From: Caedibacter taeniospiralis
GTDB taxonomy: Bacteria > Pseudomonadota > Gammaproteobacteria > Francisellales > Francisellaceae
Length of the DNA: 32,000 nt
Direction: 5' to 3'
Assembly (NCBI RefSeq): GCF_002803295.2
Contig: NZ_PGGB02000007.1
Coordinates: 9,365-41,364, forward strand
Both the position numbers and the translations under genes were made by a program. Positions within the stretch are counted from its first letter, which is position 1. Each line of letters begins with the position of its first letter. The notes under the pieces are model-generated. The model was not told the DNA's origin. It saw only the letters and a program-made list of their open reading frames with translations, and searched no databases. Positions 10,609-21,301 of the stretch are shown here, piece by piece.

Positions 10609-11193
10609 ATGCAAGCTACTATCCGCAGGCAGTTGTGCCATAAAAGGCAAGCCATTTCTTTAGCACAGAAACAGCAATATGCGAAAGATCTATGCGCACA
10701 ATTTTCCCGCTGTTATGCTGACCTTTTAAAATCCAAGGCTAAAAAAATTGCCAGTTACTATGCTTCCAGCGAAGAAATTTCACCCCATTTGATTGACCAG
10801 GAGCTCAAAATGCAACATGAAATTTACTACCCTATGCTGCATCCTTTTAAAAAGCGCAAGCTTTTATTTGTGAGAGAATCTATAAGGCATTGCCATAACA
10901 GATATGGCTTAGAAGAGCCTTTGTTTATTGCTGATAAAACGATATCACCATGGGAGCTTGATATGATCATTGTGCCATTAGTCGGTTTTGATTTGGCAAA
11001 AAATCGCATCGGCATGGGGGGTGGTTTTTATGACAGCTCACTTACGCTTTGTAAAGCTTTCAACAACACGGAGTTTGTTGGTATCGCTTTTGATGAACAG
11101 CAATTTGAGCAATCACAGCATCATCCTCTTGCAATGAATGAATGGGACATTAAAATGGACGCCATTATTACCCCAACACGAATCATTCGCTAA
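10609..11193 (+). CDS. 5-formyltetrahydrofolate cyclo-ligase family protein
   Basis: ORF track starts at 10546, inside purL; the more plausible start is ATG 10609 (MQATIRRQLCHKRQAIS). C-terminal IIVPLVGFDLAKNRIGMGGGFYD motif. Confidence 0.88.
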   Translation: MQATIRRQLCHKRQAISLAQKQQYAKDLCAQFSRCYADLLKSKAKKIASYYASSEEISPHLIDQELKMQHEIYYPMLHPFKKRKLLFVRESIRHCHNRYGLEEPLFIADKTISPWELDMIIVPLVGFDLAKNRIGMGGGFYDSSLTLCKAFNNTEFVGIAFDEQQFEQSQHHPLAMNEWDIKMDAIITPTRIIR

Positions 11194-11200
11194 ATTGAAT

Positions 11201-11455
11201 ATGACACTCTATGACACAATTATTGAAAGGCTTGATAAAAAATTCGCTCCGACCTTTATTGAACTAATAGATGAGACAGATAAACATAAGCAGCACAAAC
11301 AATTTCAAACTGGGAAATCACACTTTAAATTACACATTGCTAGTGTCAGATTTGCAACCCTTAGTACACTCGAAGCACACCAGGAAATCTACGCCTGTTT
11401 AGAAGATCTCATGCACAATAGTATTCACGCCCTATCGATCCATATCCACAAATAA
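11201..11455 (+). CDS. BolA family protein
   Basis: From ATG 11201: MTLYDTIIERLDKKFAPTFIELIDETDKHKQHKQFQTGKSHFKLHIASVRFATLSTLEAHQEIYACLEDLMHNSIHALSIH; matches the BolA layout (ES/GKSHF, H..IY..L, IHALSI). The ORF-track start at 11138 is upstream of the likely start. Confidence 0.88.
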   Translation: MTLYDTIIERLDKKFAPTFIELIDETDKHKQHKQFQTGKSHFKLHIASVRFATLSTLEAHQEIYACLEDLMHNSIHALSIHIHK

Positions 11456-11611
11456 CCATCATAAAAAGGAGGAAATACGCCCGGGGGAAAGTGCAAAAGC
11501 CCTGAACTGCTTAAAAATACTTGCTTTGAGCGTGTGTTTCAATGTTTCTTGCATCGAACTCACGTTATACTAAGGCGCAAAAGTGTAGGACGATTCCTTA
11601 AAAATTCTTCA

Positions 11612-12238
11612 ATGTCGAAAAACAAACACAGTAAAAGCAGTAAACGCTGGTTAGATGAACATCATAGCGACCATTATGTTGCGAAGGCGAAAAAAGATGG
11701 CTTTCGCTCTAGAGCCGCATACAAGCTTCTTGAGCTCCAGGAGAAAGACAGGCTATTTAATCAGGGTATGACGGTGGTTGATCTTGGAGCTGCGCCTGGT
11801 GGCTGGTCACAAGTCTTAACTGAATGTGTAGGCAGCCAGGGCAAGGTGTTTGCGCTGGATATTCTTGAAATGGATCCCTTGCCTGAAGTTACTTTTATCC
11901 AGGGTGATTTCACTGAAGATGAATCCTATCAGGCATTGATGCAGCTTACCGCAGGTGAATCGATTGACTGGGTTATTTCGGATATGTCACCTAATATGAG
12001 CGGTAATCGCAATACCGATCAGGCAGGCTCCATGTATCTGGTGGAGCTTGCTCTTGATTTTGCTGATAGCGTGTTAAAATCTCATGGCAATTTTTTGGCA
12101 AAAGTTTTCCAGGGCGAGGGCTTTGATGCTTTTGTTAAGAAAATACAACAACAATTTCAGAAAGTGGTAATTCGCAAACCTGATGCTTCACGTGCCCGTT
12201 CGCGCGAGGTGTATGTTATTGGTTTTAATAAACGTTAA
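11612..12238 (+). CDS. rlmE: 23S rRNA (uridine2552-2'-O)-methyltransferase
   Basis: YVAKAKKDGFRSRAAYKLLEL, VVDLGAAPGGWSQV, DWVISDMSPNMSGN, VFQGEGFD, KPDASRARSREVYVI; likely start MSKNKH at 11612. Confidence 0.95.
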   Translation: MSKNKHSKSSKRWLDEHHSDHYVAKAKKDGFRSRAAYKLLELQEKDRLFNQGMTVVDLGAAPGGWSQVLTECVGSQGKVFALDILEMDPLPEVTFIQGDFTEDESYQALMQLTAGESIDWVISDMSPNMSGNRNTDQAGSMYLVELALDFADSVLKSHGNFLAKVFQGEGFDAFVKKIQQQFQKVVIRKPDASRARSREVYVIGFNKR

Positions 12239-12248
12239 TGGAACAACT

Positions 12249-12806
12249 ATGGGCTATCGATTATCAAAAATTTACACAAGAACTGGTGATCAGGGAACAA
12301 CAGCATTATCTAATAACATCCGTATTGAAAAATGCGCACCCATTATTGAAACCATTGGGCAAATTGATGAGCTTAATGCTGCCATTGGTGTGATCGTCGC
12401 TTTTTCTCATGACACTGTCATTAATGAACAGCTTCAATACATTCAGCAGCATTTATTTAATATTGGCGGTGAGCTGTCTTTTCCTGAATTTAGTCAATTG
12501 AATACTGACTCGATTACAATGCTTGAAAAACAAATAGATGATTGGAATGAAAGTCTTGCTCCCTTGAAAGAGTTTATCTTACCAGGGGGCTCGCAATGCT
12601 CGGCACTGTGCCATCAGGCTCGCACCATAGCGCGCAAAACCGAAAGAAGCTACGTGGCTTTGATACAAGATAAAACGCAGCCTAATAATCCATTGATTCT
12701 AAGTTTCCTTAATCGACTATCAGATTATTTGTTTGTATTAGCACGCTTTATTAACCTTAACGATCACCATCCCGAAATACTATGGGCAAGTCATCGAGGT
12801 TGTTAA
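12249..12806 (+). CDS. Cob(I)yrinic acid a,c-diamide adenosyltransferase, PduO type
   Basis: MGYRLSKIYTRTGDQGTTALSNN, IGQIDELNAAIG, FILPGGSQCSALCHQARTIARKTER, LNRLSDYLFVLAR. Confidence 0.93.
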   Translation: MGYRLSKIYTRTGDQGTTALSNNIRIEKCAPIIETIGQIDELNAAIGVIVAFSHDTVINEQLQYIQQHLFNIGGELSFPEFSQLNTDSITMLEKQIDDWNESLAPLKEFILPGGSQCSALCHQARTIARKTERSYVALIQDKTQPNNPLILSFLNRLSDYLFVLARFINLNDHHPEILWASHRGC

Positions 12807-12886
12807 AATAAACAATCAGAACTCAGGAGAGCTTAGTTTCTAAAAAATTTGGCACACTAACGATCCAAAGTGCCATTAAACTTGAA

Positions 12887-13780
12887 ATGAACAAAAACTG
12901 GAGCAAACACGTGGAACTTCATATGCAAAATCTCAATCAATACCTTCAGTGGATTATTTCTTTAATCTTGGAGCATTTACCTAATGTGGTACTGGCAATC
13001 ATTATTTTTATTGCGGGCTTCATCATCGCCAAAATCGTTAAGAATAGCACCCAAAAGCTGCTGCTTAAAACCAAGTTAGACAAAGCCGTAACTATGTTTT
13101 TGATGCAGATTCTGCATATTTTTTTGATTATCTTTGTTATCTTAATTGCTATTAGTGAGCTAGGCATATCAACAACTCCGCTAACCGCGGCAATTACTGC
13201 TTTAATCGTTGGGATTGGCATGTCGTTAAGAAACTCAGCCAATATCGTTGTATCTGGCATTATGCTTGTTTCCACACGCCCATTCAAAATTGGCGAGTTT
13301 GTTGATCTTGGGGGTGTCACTGGTACTGTGGAAAGTATCAGCTTTGTATTTTGTACTTTGCGCACTACCGATGGACTGGAAGTTAAAGTTCCTAATAGCT
13401 TGGTGACTGCACGCATTATCACTAATTTCTCCAACAATGAATTCAGACGGAACGATTTTACTGTTGGTATTAGCTATGATAGTGACTTGAAAATGGCAAA
13501 AGCGCTATTGCAATCACTTCTCGAACGCCATGATAAAATCATCAAAGACGACAGCAAAGCCCCCATTGTTCGTGTTGATGTGCTTGCCGATAGCAGTGTG
13601 AATTTACTTGTGCGCTATTGGACTAAACGCGCTGACTTCTTTGAAACCAAATGGGCGCTAACAGAACAAGTCAAACTCTGTTTTGATGAAAACAATATCG
13701 AAATCCCTTTCCCACAAAGAACACTGGATATTAAAGCCAATCAAGCCGAAGGCATAAGCTATAGCGTTGATAAGAAATAA
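12887..13780 (+). CDS. Small-conductance mechanosensitive channel (MscS family)
   Basis: TM helices then ITALIVGIGMSLRNSANIVVSGIMLVSTRPFKIGEFVDLGGVTGTVESISFVFCTLRTTDGLEVKVPNSLV. Confidence 0.93.
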   Translation: MNKNWSKHVELHMQNLNQYLQWIISLILEHLPNVVLAIIIFIAGFIIAKIVKNSTQKLLLKTKLDKAVTMFLMQILHIFLIIFVILIAISELGISTTPLTAAITALIVGIGMSLRNSANIVVSGIMLVSTRPFKIGEFVDLGGVTGTVESISFVFCTLRTTDGLEVKVPNSLVTARIITNFSNNEFRRNDFTVGISYDSDLKMAKALLQSLLERHDKIIKDDSKAPIVRVDVLADSSVNLLVRYWTKRADFFETKWALTEQVKLCFDENNIEIPFPQRTLDIKANQAEGISYSVDKK

Positions 13781-14454
13781 TTTGCCAATACTAAATCTAT
13801 GGGCATTGTGATTTTTATATTTCTCTTATCACCATTGACAATAAGTGGCTGATGATCCAACGCCTCAATGGCTGAAGCTTCGTCGGTTACCATGATGTTG
13901 TTATGTAGACAGAAATAATATCCCATAAGCAAGGTGCGATAGCGAAAAGCCTGTGGAGTTTGCGCAAGGTAAATACACCTGCGATCCAGGGTTTTGACAA
14001 TATTCTGTTGTTCATCAACTAATTTTACCGTATCAGATACCGCAGTTGCCAATATCCCACCTATGGTGTTCTCTATACGGATTGCTGCATACAGTCTTCT
14101 CACATCGTCTAAATTCACGCAGGGTCTTACAGCATCGTGGACAAATATCCAGTCATCATCTTCAGCCACATTTTTTAACGACATCAGTGCATTACGCACG
14201 CTATCACCGCGTTCCTTGCCTCCTGCGCATATCCTAACGCGTGCATTACTAATGTGAATGGAGTTTTTCCAATGACGATCTCTTGAATTAAGCACAACCA
14301 CCACTAAATCAAAAAAAGGCTCATTTAATAAACGAAAAATTGCCGTGTCCAGAATGGATAAGCCATTATCCAGCTTAATGTACTGCTTAGGCAACTCTTG
14401 CTGCATTCTACTTCCAATACCACTTGCTGGAATAATCAGGATTCGCCTCATCAA
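13759..14454 (-). CDS. ispD: 2-C-methyl-D-erythritol 4-phosphate cytidylyltransferase
   Basis: IIPASGIGSRMQQELPKQY, GGKERGDSVRNAL, WIFVHDAVRPCV, DEASAIE. Confidence 0.95.
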   Translation of the reverse strand: MMRRILIIPASGIGSRMQQELPKQYIKLDNGLSILDTAIFRLLNEPFFDLVVVVLNSRDRHWKNSIHISNARVRICAGGKERGDSVRNALMSLKNVAEDDDWIFVHDAVRPCVNLDDVRRLYAAIRIENTIGGILATAVSDTVKLVDEQQNIVKTLDRRCIYLAQTPQAFRYRTLLMGYYFCLHNNIMVTDEASAIEALDHQPLIVNGDKRNIKITMPIDLVLANYFLSTL

Positions 14455-14767
14455 TTATCTTCCTGTAGTGAAACTTTTTTATTTTGAACCATTACAATTT
14501 GATAAAAAACTTCACCTTCCTTGATAAACCCCAGGTTTTCTCGTGCCATACCTTCCAAAACTGAATTATTCTGGCGCAAAGAAAGAATTTCAGCATACCA
14601 GTGCTTATTGCGCACTTCTAAGACGCCATTGTCCGCCTGCTTGATATTAACAGCTTCTGTTAGGGACCGCGTTGCAAAAAAACCCGTTTTACTCCACCAA
14701 AAGTCATACTGTAAGGTTGCTATACCAATAAGCAGAATTGCAATAAACAGAGTATAACGCGAAATCA

Positions 14768-14768
<1 letters not shown>
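14451..14768 (-). CDS. ftsB: Cell division protein FtsB
   Basis: Short bitopic protein, N-terminal TM helix, then coiled-coil-like LRQNNSVLEGMARENLGFIKEGEVFYQIV; sits directly downstream of eno (conserved synteny), with TAATG stop/start overlap. Confidence 0.85.
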
Positions 14769-16318
<1,550 letters not shown>

Positions 16319-16408
16319 TTACCCTAAATGCCTAGCAGATTAAGCGTTAGATTGTGTTGTCAGGTGAAAAGACAACAACATGTAAAACAACCCTACCTTT
16401 TCCCATCG

Positions 16409-17053
16409 CTAGTTTTCCTCTATCCCATCATTAAGTTCAATAAATGGTAATTCATACCACGCATCCAGTTTTTGCTTAAATTTCTCTAAGCCTGTACCTG
16501 TTTGCGCTGAAAACAATTGAAAACTGATATTATCCCGTACCCTTAGCTGTTTTAGATAATCACGCATCAAGCGTTCAGCTTTAGCCTTCTCAGCATTCTT
16601 AAGCTTGTCGGCTTTCGTTAATAGAACATGTAGATTCAGGTCACGCCCAACAGCAGCTTCGATCATCATACAATCGAAGTCTTTAATGGGATGGCGTGAA
16701 TCAACCAGTAATACAATTCCCTTTAAGCATTGCCTTGTGGTGAGGTACATCTCAAGTGTTTTTTGCCAACTGGCTTTGATTTTTTCTGATACTTTGGCAT
16801 ATCCATAACCTGGCAAGTCGACCAGGCGTTTGTGCTCTTCCAAAGTAAACAGGTTAATCAACTGCGTTCTACCTGGGGTTTTACTGACTCGTGCCAGTTT
16901 CTTTTGTTCAGTCAGCGCGTTTAATGCACTTGATTTCCCTGCATTTGATCGCCCTGCAAATGCTACCTCAATCCCATAATCATCAGGCAACTGCTCCACT
17001 AAAGATGCGCCCATTAAATATTTTGCATTACGATAATTCATTATTGCTCTCAA
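16409..17053 (-). CDS. engB: Ribosome biogenesis GTP-binding protein YihA/YsxC
   Basis: [52 protein letters not shown]. Confidence 0.96.
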   Translation of the reverse strand: MRAIMNYRNAKYLMGASLVEQLPDDYGIEVAFAGRSNAGKSSALNALTEQKKLARVSKTPGRTQLINLFTLEEHKRLVDLPGYGYAKVSEKIKASWQKTLEMYLTTRQCLKGIVLLVDSRHPIKDFDCMMIEAAVGRDLNLHVLLTKADKLKNAEKAKAERLMRDYLKQLRVRDNISFQLFSAQTGTGLEKFKQKLDAWYELPFIELNDGIEEN

Positions 17054-17559
17054 TTATTTGACTTATTTAAATTTGCTTTTAACTGATCCAGTAGATGTCT
17101 GCATGCTGTATCGATCATTAGATACACTTGATCAAAGCCATCGTTATAGTAAGGGTCAGGCACATCATCAATAGATAACTCAGGAGCGTAATCCAAAAGC
17201 TTGACAATTTTCACCATGCCAGACTTTGGAGCTATAGACAGCATGTCACGGATATTTTTATCATCCATTGCAATCAAATAATCATAGTGCTCAAAATCTG
17301 ATGTAACCAGCTGTCTTGAGCGTAAATCACCAATATCGCAATCAAATTTCAAGGCAGTTGCAATCGTTCTTGGATCAGCTGCATCCCCTTTATGCCATCC
17401 ATCTGAGTGCGTTCCTGCAGACTCTATTTCAAAATAATCCGCTAAATCTGCCTCTTCTACTAACTGGCGAAAAATCCCATGTGCCGTTGGCGAGCGGCAA
17501 ATATTTCCCATACAGACAAACATTACTCTAATTTTTTTCATTTTTTTCACTCTTTTCAT
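17050..17559 (-). CDS. Low molecular weight protein-tyrosine-phosphatase
   Basis: [15 protein letters not shown] (CX5R(S/T) P-loop), SAGT, DPYY near the C terminus; overlaps engB start by 4 bp. Confidence 0.94.
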   Translation of the reverse strand: MKRVKKMKKIRVMFVCMGNICRSPTAHGIFRQLVEEADLADYFEIESAGTHSDGWHKGDAADPRTIATALKFDCDIGDLRSRQLVTSDFEHYDYLIAMDDKNIRDMLSIAPKSGMVKIVKLLDYAPELSIDDVPDPYYNDGFDQVYLMIDTACRHLLDQLKANLNKSNN

Positions 17560-17649
17560 TCTGACTCTAAAAAAATATCGCCTACAAATTGCAGCATTTT
17601 TTGCTGTGCATCAGTGTATTACATTTTTATAGAGGATTGACAATACTAT

Positions 17650-18123
17650 TTATTTACGCCATAACCTTGCATCGACTAAAAAGGGAAGCTGTTCAACGCT
17701 CTTCACAACCTGACTAAATTTCTCATGTTCAGGATTTAGTAAGTAATTCCATTCCCTGGGGACAACCGCACTTGGCACTGCAAGCACCATGCTTTGACAG
17801 GATCTAAGCCAGTCATCACCCAAAGCAGCGGTTTCAGGTGGAGCAGGCTGATCTTGCCAGCATTTGGGTAGATGTTCTCGATCAACATACTGAATTTCTG
17901 ATTGTGGCAATTTAACTTGCAATAGTGTGTAATTTTGCAGTAAGGAATAATCTTCTAGATGGACGAAAATTTCTAAAATAGCAAGTGATTCAGAGCTTGC
18001 TACATATACACATGGCATGCCTTTACTATTCCATCTGCCTCCATATAGTTTTGCACCATCGCCAGTAAAAGCATTACTCAGCCATTTGGTTTTAACTAAC
18101 CTATACGCATAAACAGTACTCAC
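17650..18123 (-). CDS. RES-domain toxin
   Basis: YRLVKTKW..AFTGDGAKLYGGRWNSKGMPCVYVASSESLAILEIFVHL...VLAVPSAVVPREWNYLLNPEH; overlaps the upstream Xre antitoxin by 4 bp. Confidence 0.92.
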   Translation of the reverse strand: MSTVYAYRLVKTKWLSNAFTGDGAKLYGGRWNSKGMPCVYVASSESLAILEIFVHLEDYSLLQNYTLLQVKLPQSEIQYVDREHLPKCWQDQPAPPETAALGDDWLRSCQSMVLAVPSAVVPREWNYLLNPEHEKFSQVVKSVEQLPFLVDARLWRK

Positions 18124-18548
18124 GCAAAAACACCATGCTCAAGGCGCCCAATTAAATCTAAAACAGCTTCGGTTTCCGCTGATGTCCTTAACATCTCCAC
18201 AGGGCGTTTTCCGCCTAAGCCAGCAACAGAGGTTTGCAGCCAACTTTTTGCTTTTTCATTATGACCTTCAAATAAGTCCAGCGTCGCTTTGTATACTTCA
18301 GCGTAGCGATATAACCTATCACTTTCTGCTTCTGTGAAGAACCCAGATTTAAATCTTCTATTAAGAGATGCTGATGGAATGGTGGTGATTTCTGCCAGTT
18401 GTTTCTTCTCAAGACCAGAAATGACCGCAAGCTTGCTAAAAACATCGCAGCTAAAGCCATTGTGTATCGCTTGATATAAATCCTGACCACGGGAAGGCAT
18501 GCCGACAAATGCCCAAAAATCGCCTTGCTTTACTGATGTTGCTATCAT
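18120..18548 (-). CDS. Xre/MbcA/ParS family antitoxin (partner of RES toxin)
   Basis: ORF-track start is 18656; the SD-supported start is ATG 18548 (gtggagtttataATGATAGCA). SASLNRRFKSGFFTEAESDRLYRYAEVYKATLDLFEGHNEKAKSWLQTSVAGLGGKRPVEMLRTSAETEAVLDLIGRLEHGVFA is the typical toxin-binding C terminus. Confidence 0.9.
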   Translation of the reverse strand: MIATSVKQGDFWAFVGMPSRGQDLYQAIHNGFSCDVFSKLAVISGLEKKQLAEITTIPSASLNRRFKSGFFTEAESDRLYRYAEVYKATLDLFEGHNEKAKSWLQTSVAGLGGKRPVEMLRTSAETEAVLDLIGRLEHGVFA

Positions 18549-18560
18549 TATAAACTCCAC

Positions 18561-18595
18561 AATCATATGATATATCAAAATAATATCATATGATT
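18561..18595. promoter_or_regulatory. Candidate operator of the RES/Xre pair: 13-bp perfect inverted repeat
   Basis: aatcatatgatat (18561-18573) / atatcatatgatt (18583-18595), 9-bp spacer, 12 bp upstream of the antitoxin start codon; contains two copies of the palindrome ATCATATGAT. Confidence 0.65.
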
Positions 18596-18609
18596 TTATA
18601 AATACCAAC

Positions 18610-18936
18610 TTAGCACTTGCTTTGATTCCAATAAAAAAGCTGACCACACTGATCAATATGCTCTAAAAGCGCCAGATTACTAATCGTATGATAGTTACAT
18701 AAATCGATTAAATAAGGGGTGTTTAACGAATCCAATTCTTGAGAGACTCTATCCAGTATTTCTTGATTGATATTTTGTCCTTTTAACACCAGATCAATAT
18801 CTGATCCTGCTCTTTCTTTATTCATTGCACGTGATCCGTAGATAATTACTTGCTCTACTTCAGGAAACTGGGTAAAGACATTAGCAAAAATATTTATCAG
18901 GCTCTGCGCCAGACCAAACTTTACTGGTTCTGTCAT
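18610..18936 (-). CDS. MntA-like minimal nucleotidyltransferase antitoxin (HI0073-like)
   Basis: VEQVIIYGSRAMNKERAGSDIDLVLKG = GSX10DXD nucleotidyltransferase motif; 108 aa; adjacent to a HepT-like gene. Confidence 0.88.
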   Translation of the reverse strand: MTEPVKFGLAQSLINIFANVFTQFPEVEQVIIYGSRAMNKERAGSDIDLVLKGQNINQEILDRVSQELDSLNTPYLIDLCNYHTISNLALLEHIDQCGQLFYWNQSKC

Positions 18937-19346
18937 AACTTTAAACTCATCGTTTGCGCCAATTGCTCAAAACAAAGGAGATAAATATCATGAACTTTAG
19001 TGAATTCTTGCTGTAATAAATTTATATCATAAGTATGTACAGTTCGATTGCGACTTTCTATCATATCCATCCATATCTGCCCTTCTTTAATTAAGCCAAG
19101 ATTAAATGCCAGTCGAGTTGCACTTCGTGAACCAGTAATATTCTGATGACCTTCAAATTCCAAAAAATCTTTAAGTACTTTCCAAGCCAGCTCATGTGTG
19201 AACTCAAAGCGCTGAAGCACCCCTTCTTTAACTATATCTGGAGCGCTATCATCATAATCTTGTATTGCTTGGCGTAACTGCGCTAACGCTTTTCGATAAT
19301 TAGAAAAACGCTGTTGCCAACGTATATTTTCTTTATAACTCATCAA
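18933..19346 (-). CDS. HepT-like toxin / nucleotidyltransferase substrate-binding protein (HI0074 family)
   Basis: WQQRFSNYRKALAQLRQAI...LQRFEFTHELAWKVLKDFLEFEG...MIESRNRTVHTYD (RX4H motif); 4-bp overlap with the nucleotidyltransferase gene. Confidence 0.9.
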   Translation of the reverse strand: MMSYKENIRWQQRFSNYRKALAQLRQAIQDYDDSAPDIVKEGVLQRFEFTHELAWKVLKDFLEFEGHQNITGSRSATRLAFNLGLIKEGQIWMDMIESRNRTVHTYDINLLQQEFTKVHDIYLLCFEQLAQTMSLKL

Positions 19347-20242
19347 ACTCTCCCACTTAGTATTGAAACTTTTCTTCGCTTAACGTAACGCAAAATAGGC
19401 TCAATCGCAATTGATGATAGAATCAATACACATGCAAAAATCATATTTATGCTGATATGATCTCCCATAATGATGACACCAAATAGACTCCCAAATAATG
19501 GCACCAAATAATTAGATAATGAGCAAAATCCTGCCCCCGCACGCTTGATTAAACTGACATATAGCACATAAACCAGACCTGAGCAGAATACCCCAAGCGA
19601 CAATGAAGCAAGAAATGGAGATATTGAAAAGTGAATATTTGATAGCGAACCGTTGCTTGAGTTAATAACGCACATGACAATACTGCCCACAATAAACGCA
19701 TCGCGTGATAGTACAAAAGAATCCTCCTGCGGCAAACTACGAATCACAATAAGGGCTAAGGCAAATGACAAAGCTCCCATCAAAATGGCTATTTGTGGCA
19801 TGTATGACATGGATAATCCGTTGCGTAAATCTGGAAGAAATAAAACGATAAGACCTGCAAATCCCACAAGTACACTAAGAAATTTAACACCTGTTGCACG
19901 CTCAACTCCCGTTAAAAGCATCAGAACAATCGTGAAAAATGGAATAGTTCCCATTAAAATCGATGCCATACTCCCTGAAACAAATTGCTGCCCCCACATT
20001 ATCAAAACAAACGGGATAACAACCTCAAGCAGTCCAATGATAATTACTTTTAACCAGCTCAGGAGATCTCTTTTTGCATATTTTCTTCTGGTTATAAGAC
20101 AAAATATAATCAAGAAAACTGCGGCATAGAAGGTTCTAAGAAAAGATAACTGCTCAGGTGTGTATGTAGACAAAGATAAATCAATCAGAATAAATTGCCC
20201 GCCCCAAATCAGTCCGATAATGAGTAATAGCAGGTAGTTCAT
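19343..20242 (-). CDS. EamA/DMT superfamily transporter
   Basis: Ten hydrophobic segments; LIWGGQFILIDLSL..YTPEQLSFLRTF..., VIPFVLIMWGQQFVSGSMASILMGTIPFF; second EamA repeat with VPLFGSLFGVIIMGDHIS. Confidence 0.9.
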   Translation of the reverse strand: MNYLLLLIIGLIWGGQFILIDLSLSTYTPEQLSFLRTFYAAVFLIIFCLITRRKYAKRDLLSWLKVIIIGLLEVVIPFVLIMWGQQFVSGSMASILMGTIPFFTIVLMLLTGVERATGVKFLSVLVGFAGLIVLFLPDLRNGLSMSYMPQIAILMGALSFALALIVIRSLPQEDSFVLSRDAFIVGSIVMCVINSSNGSLSNIHFSISPFLASLSLGVFCSGLVYVLYVSLIKRAGAGFCSLSNYLVPLFGSLFGVIIMGDHISINMIFACVLILSSIAIEPILRYVKRRKVSILSGRV

Positions 20243-20257
20243 TGCGCTATTTTGAAT

Positions 20258-20737
20258 TTATCGGTATTCTACCGAAATGATTTCATAATCAACAATTCCA
20301 GCTGGGGTAGCGATCCTGGTCTCATCACCCTCTTCTTTGCCAATAAGTCCTCTTGCCAGAGGGGAACTTAGTGAAATCTTATTTTCTTTAATATCAGCTT
20401 CATCCTCGCCAACAATCTGATACGTCATTTCAGTTTCAGTTTCTGTATTAAGCAGCCTAACCGTGGCACCAAAGATGACTTTGCCTGTATTGGTTATGCT
20501 GGTAACATCAATAACCTGCGCATTACCAAGCTTGGCTTCCAGCTCTTGAATACGCCCTTCAATAAAACTTTGCTGCTCACGTGCGGCGTGGTACTCTGCA
20601 TTTTCTTTTAAATCACCATGCTCACGCGCCTCAGCAATAGCTGCTATTACTTTAGGTCTTTGCACACTTTTTAGATCTTGCAATTCTGCTCTTAATGCCG
20701 CCTCACCACTTACTGTCATTGGAATTCTTACTGCCAT
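20258..20737 (-). CDS. greA: Transcription elongation factor GreA
   Basis: [59 protein letters not shown]; [28 protein letters not shown]. Confidence 0.97.
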   Translation of the reverse strand: MAVRIPMTVSGEAALRAELQDLKSVQRPKVIAAIAEAREHGDLKENAEYHAAREQQSFIEGRIQELEAKLGNAQVIDVTSITNTGKVIFGATVRLLNTETETEMTYQIVGEDEADIKENKISLSSPLARGLIGKEEGDETRIATPAGIVDYEIISVEYR

Positions 20738-20897
20738 TATTCACCTTCTGGTCTATTTTATATTCTTGCTAAATGGCGTTGATCACATTTCTGCCCACAA
20801 AAGCATACTGAATACGCGCCAGCGTTTATTGGCTCTGACTATTTTTCTGCCCTCTGTCATCCTGCGCTAGGGGCGAAATATTTTTCGTCCCTGGCTG

Positions 20898-20923
20898 GAT
20901 TCCCGCCTTCGCGGGAATGACAG
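20898..20923. repeat. Short hairpin tggATTCCCGCCTTCGCGGGAATgac, matching a widespread intergenic repeat core
   Basis: ATTCCCGC-CTTC-GCGGGAAT (20901-20920), perfect 8-bp arms; fits the ATTCCCN8GGGAAT pattern known as dRS3 in Neisseria and seen in many other bacteria. Confidence 0.7.
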
Positions 20924-21301
20924 CAATAAAAACGCCTGATATAAGAGATTACATCAGACCTTTTTCGCTTGATTTTTATGGAAGGCTATTATACCTAAGC
21001 AGGTATTGTTTGCAATTTTCAAACAGCAAATCTTACCAAATTTGGCGTAAACTGATAGAAAGTGGGATTCCCCTTTGCGATAGCGTTTATATTAACCATT
21101 TGCAATTGCCAGGAAAAAACAACCGTGAACAAAAGAGTGCTTACCAACATTGCCAGAAGACATTGTTTTAATTTCATAAGCTTTCAAACTAACCGCTAAA
21201 ACATTCTGACTCACATTGCGTGCTTGTGTGCCAGAACTCATGCCAATCAGATTAAACAGGTTTCTTGCTGCTAAGGTATTCTGTGCATAATCGATTACTC
21301 A

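Noticed and set aside
10620-11600. Possible 6S RNA next to the 5-formyl-THF cyclo-ligase gene, as in many gammaproteobacteria
   Set aside because: Usual location considered, but I could not see a convincing 6S-like hairpin with central bubble; the downstream gene is BolA-family and not zapA. A covariance search would decide.
16355-16377. tgttgtc...gacaaca hairpin between eno and engB as a terminator
   Set aside because: Only a 7-bp stem, without a T tract on either side; too weak to call.
20917-21171. 84-aa ORF between greA and clpB
   Set aside because: No family resemblance, unusual composition, and no SD that I could see; most likely chance.
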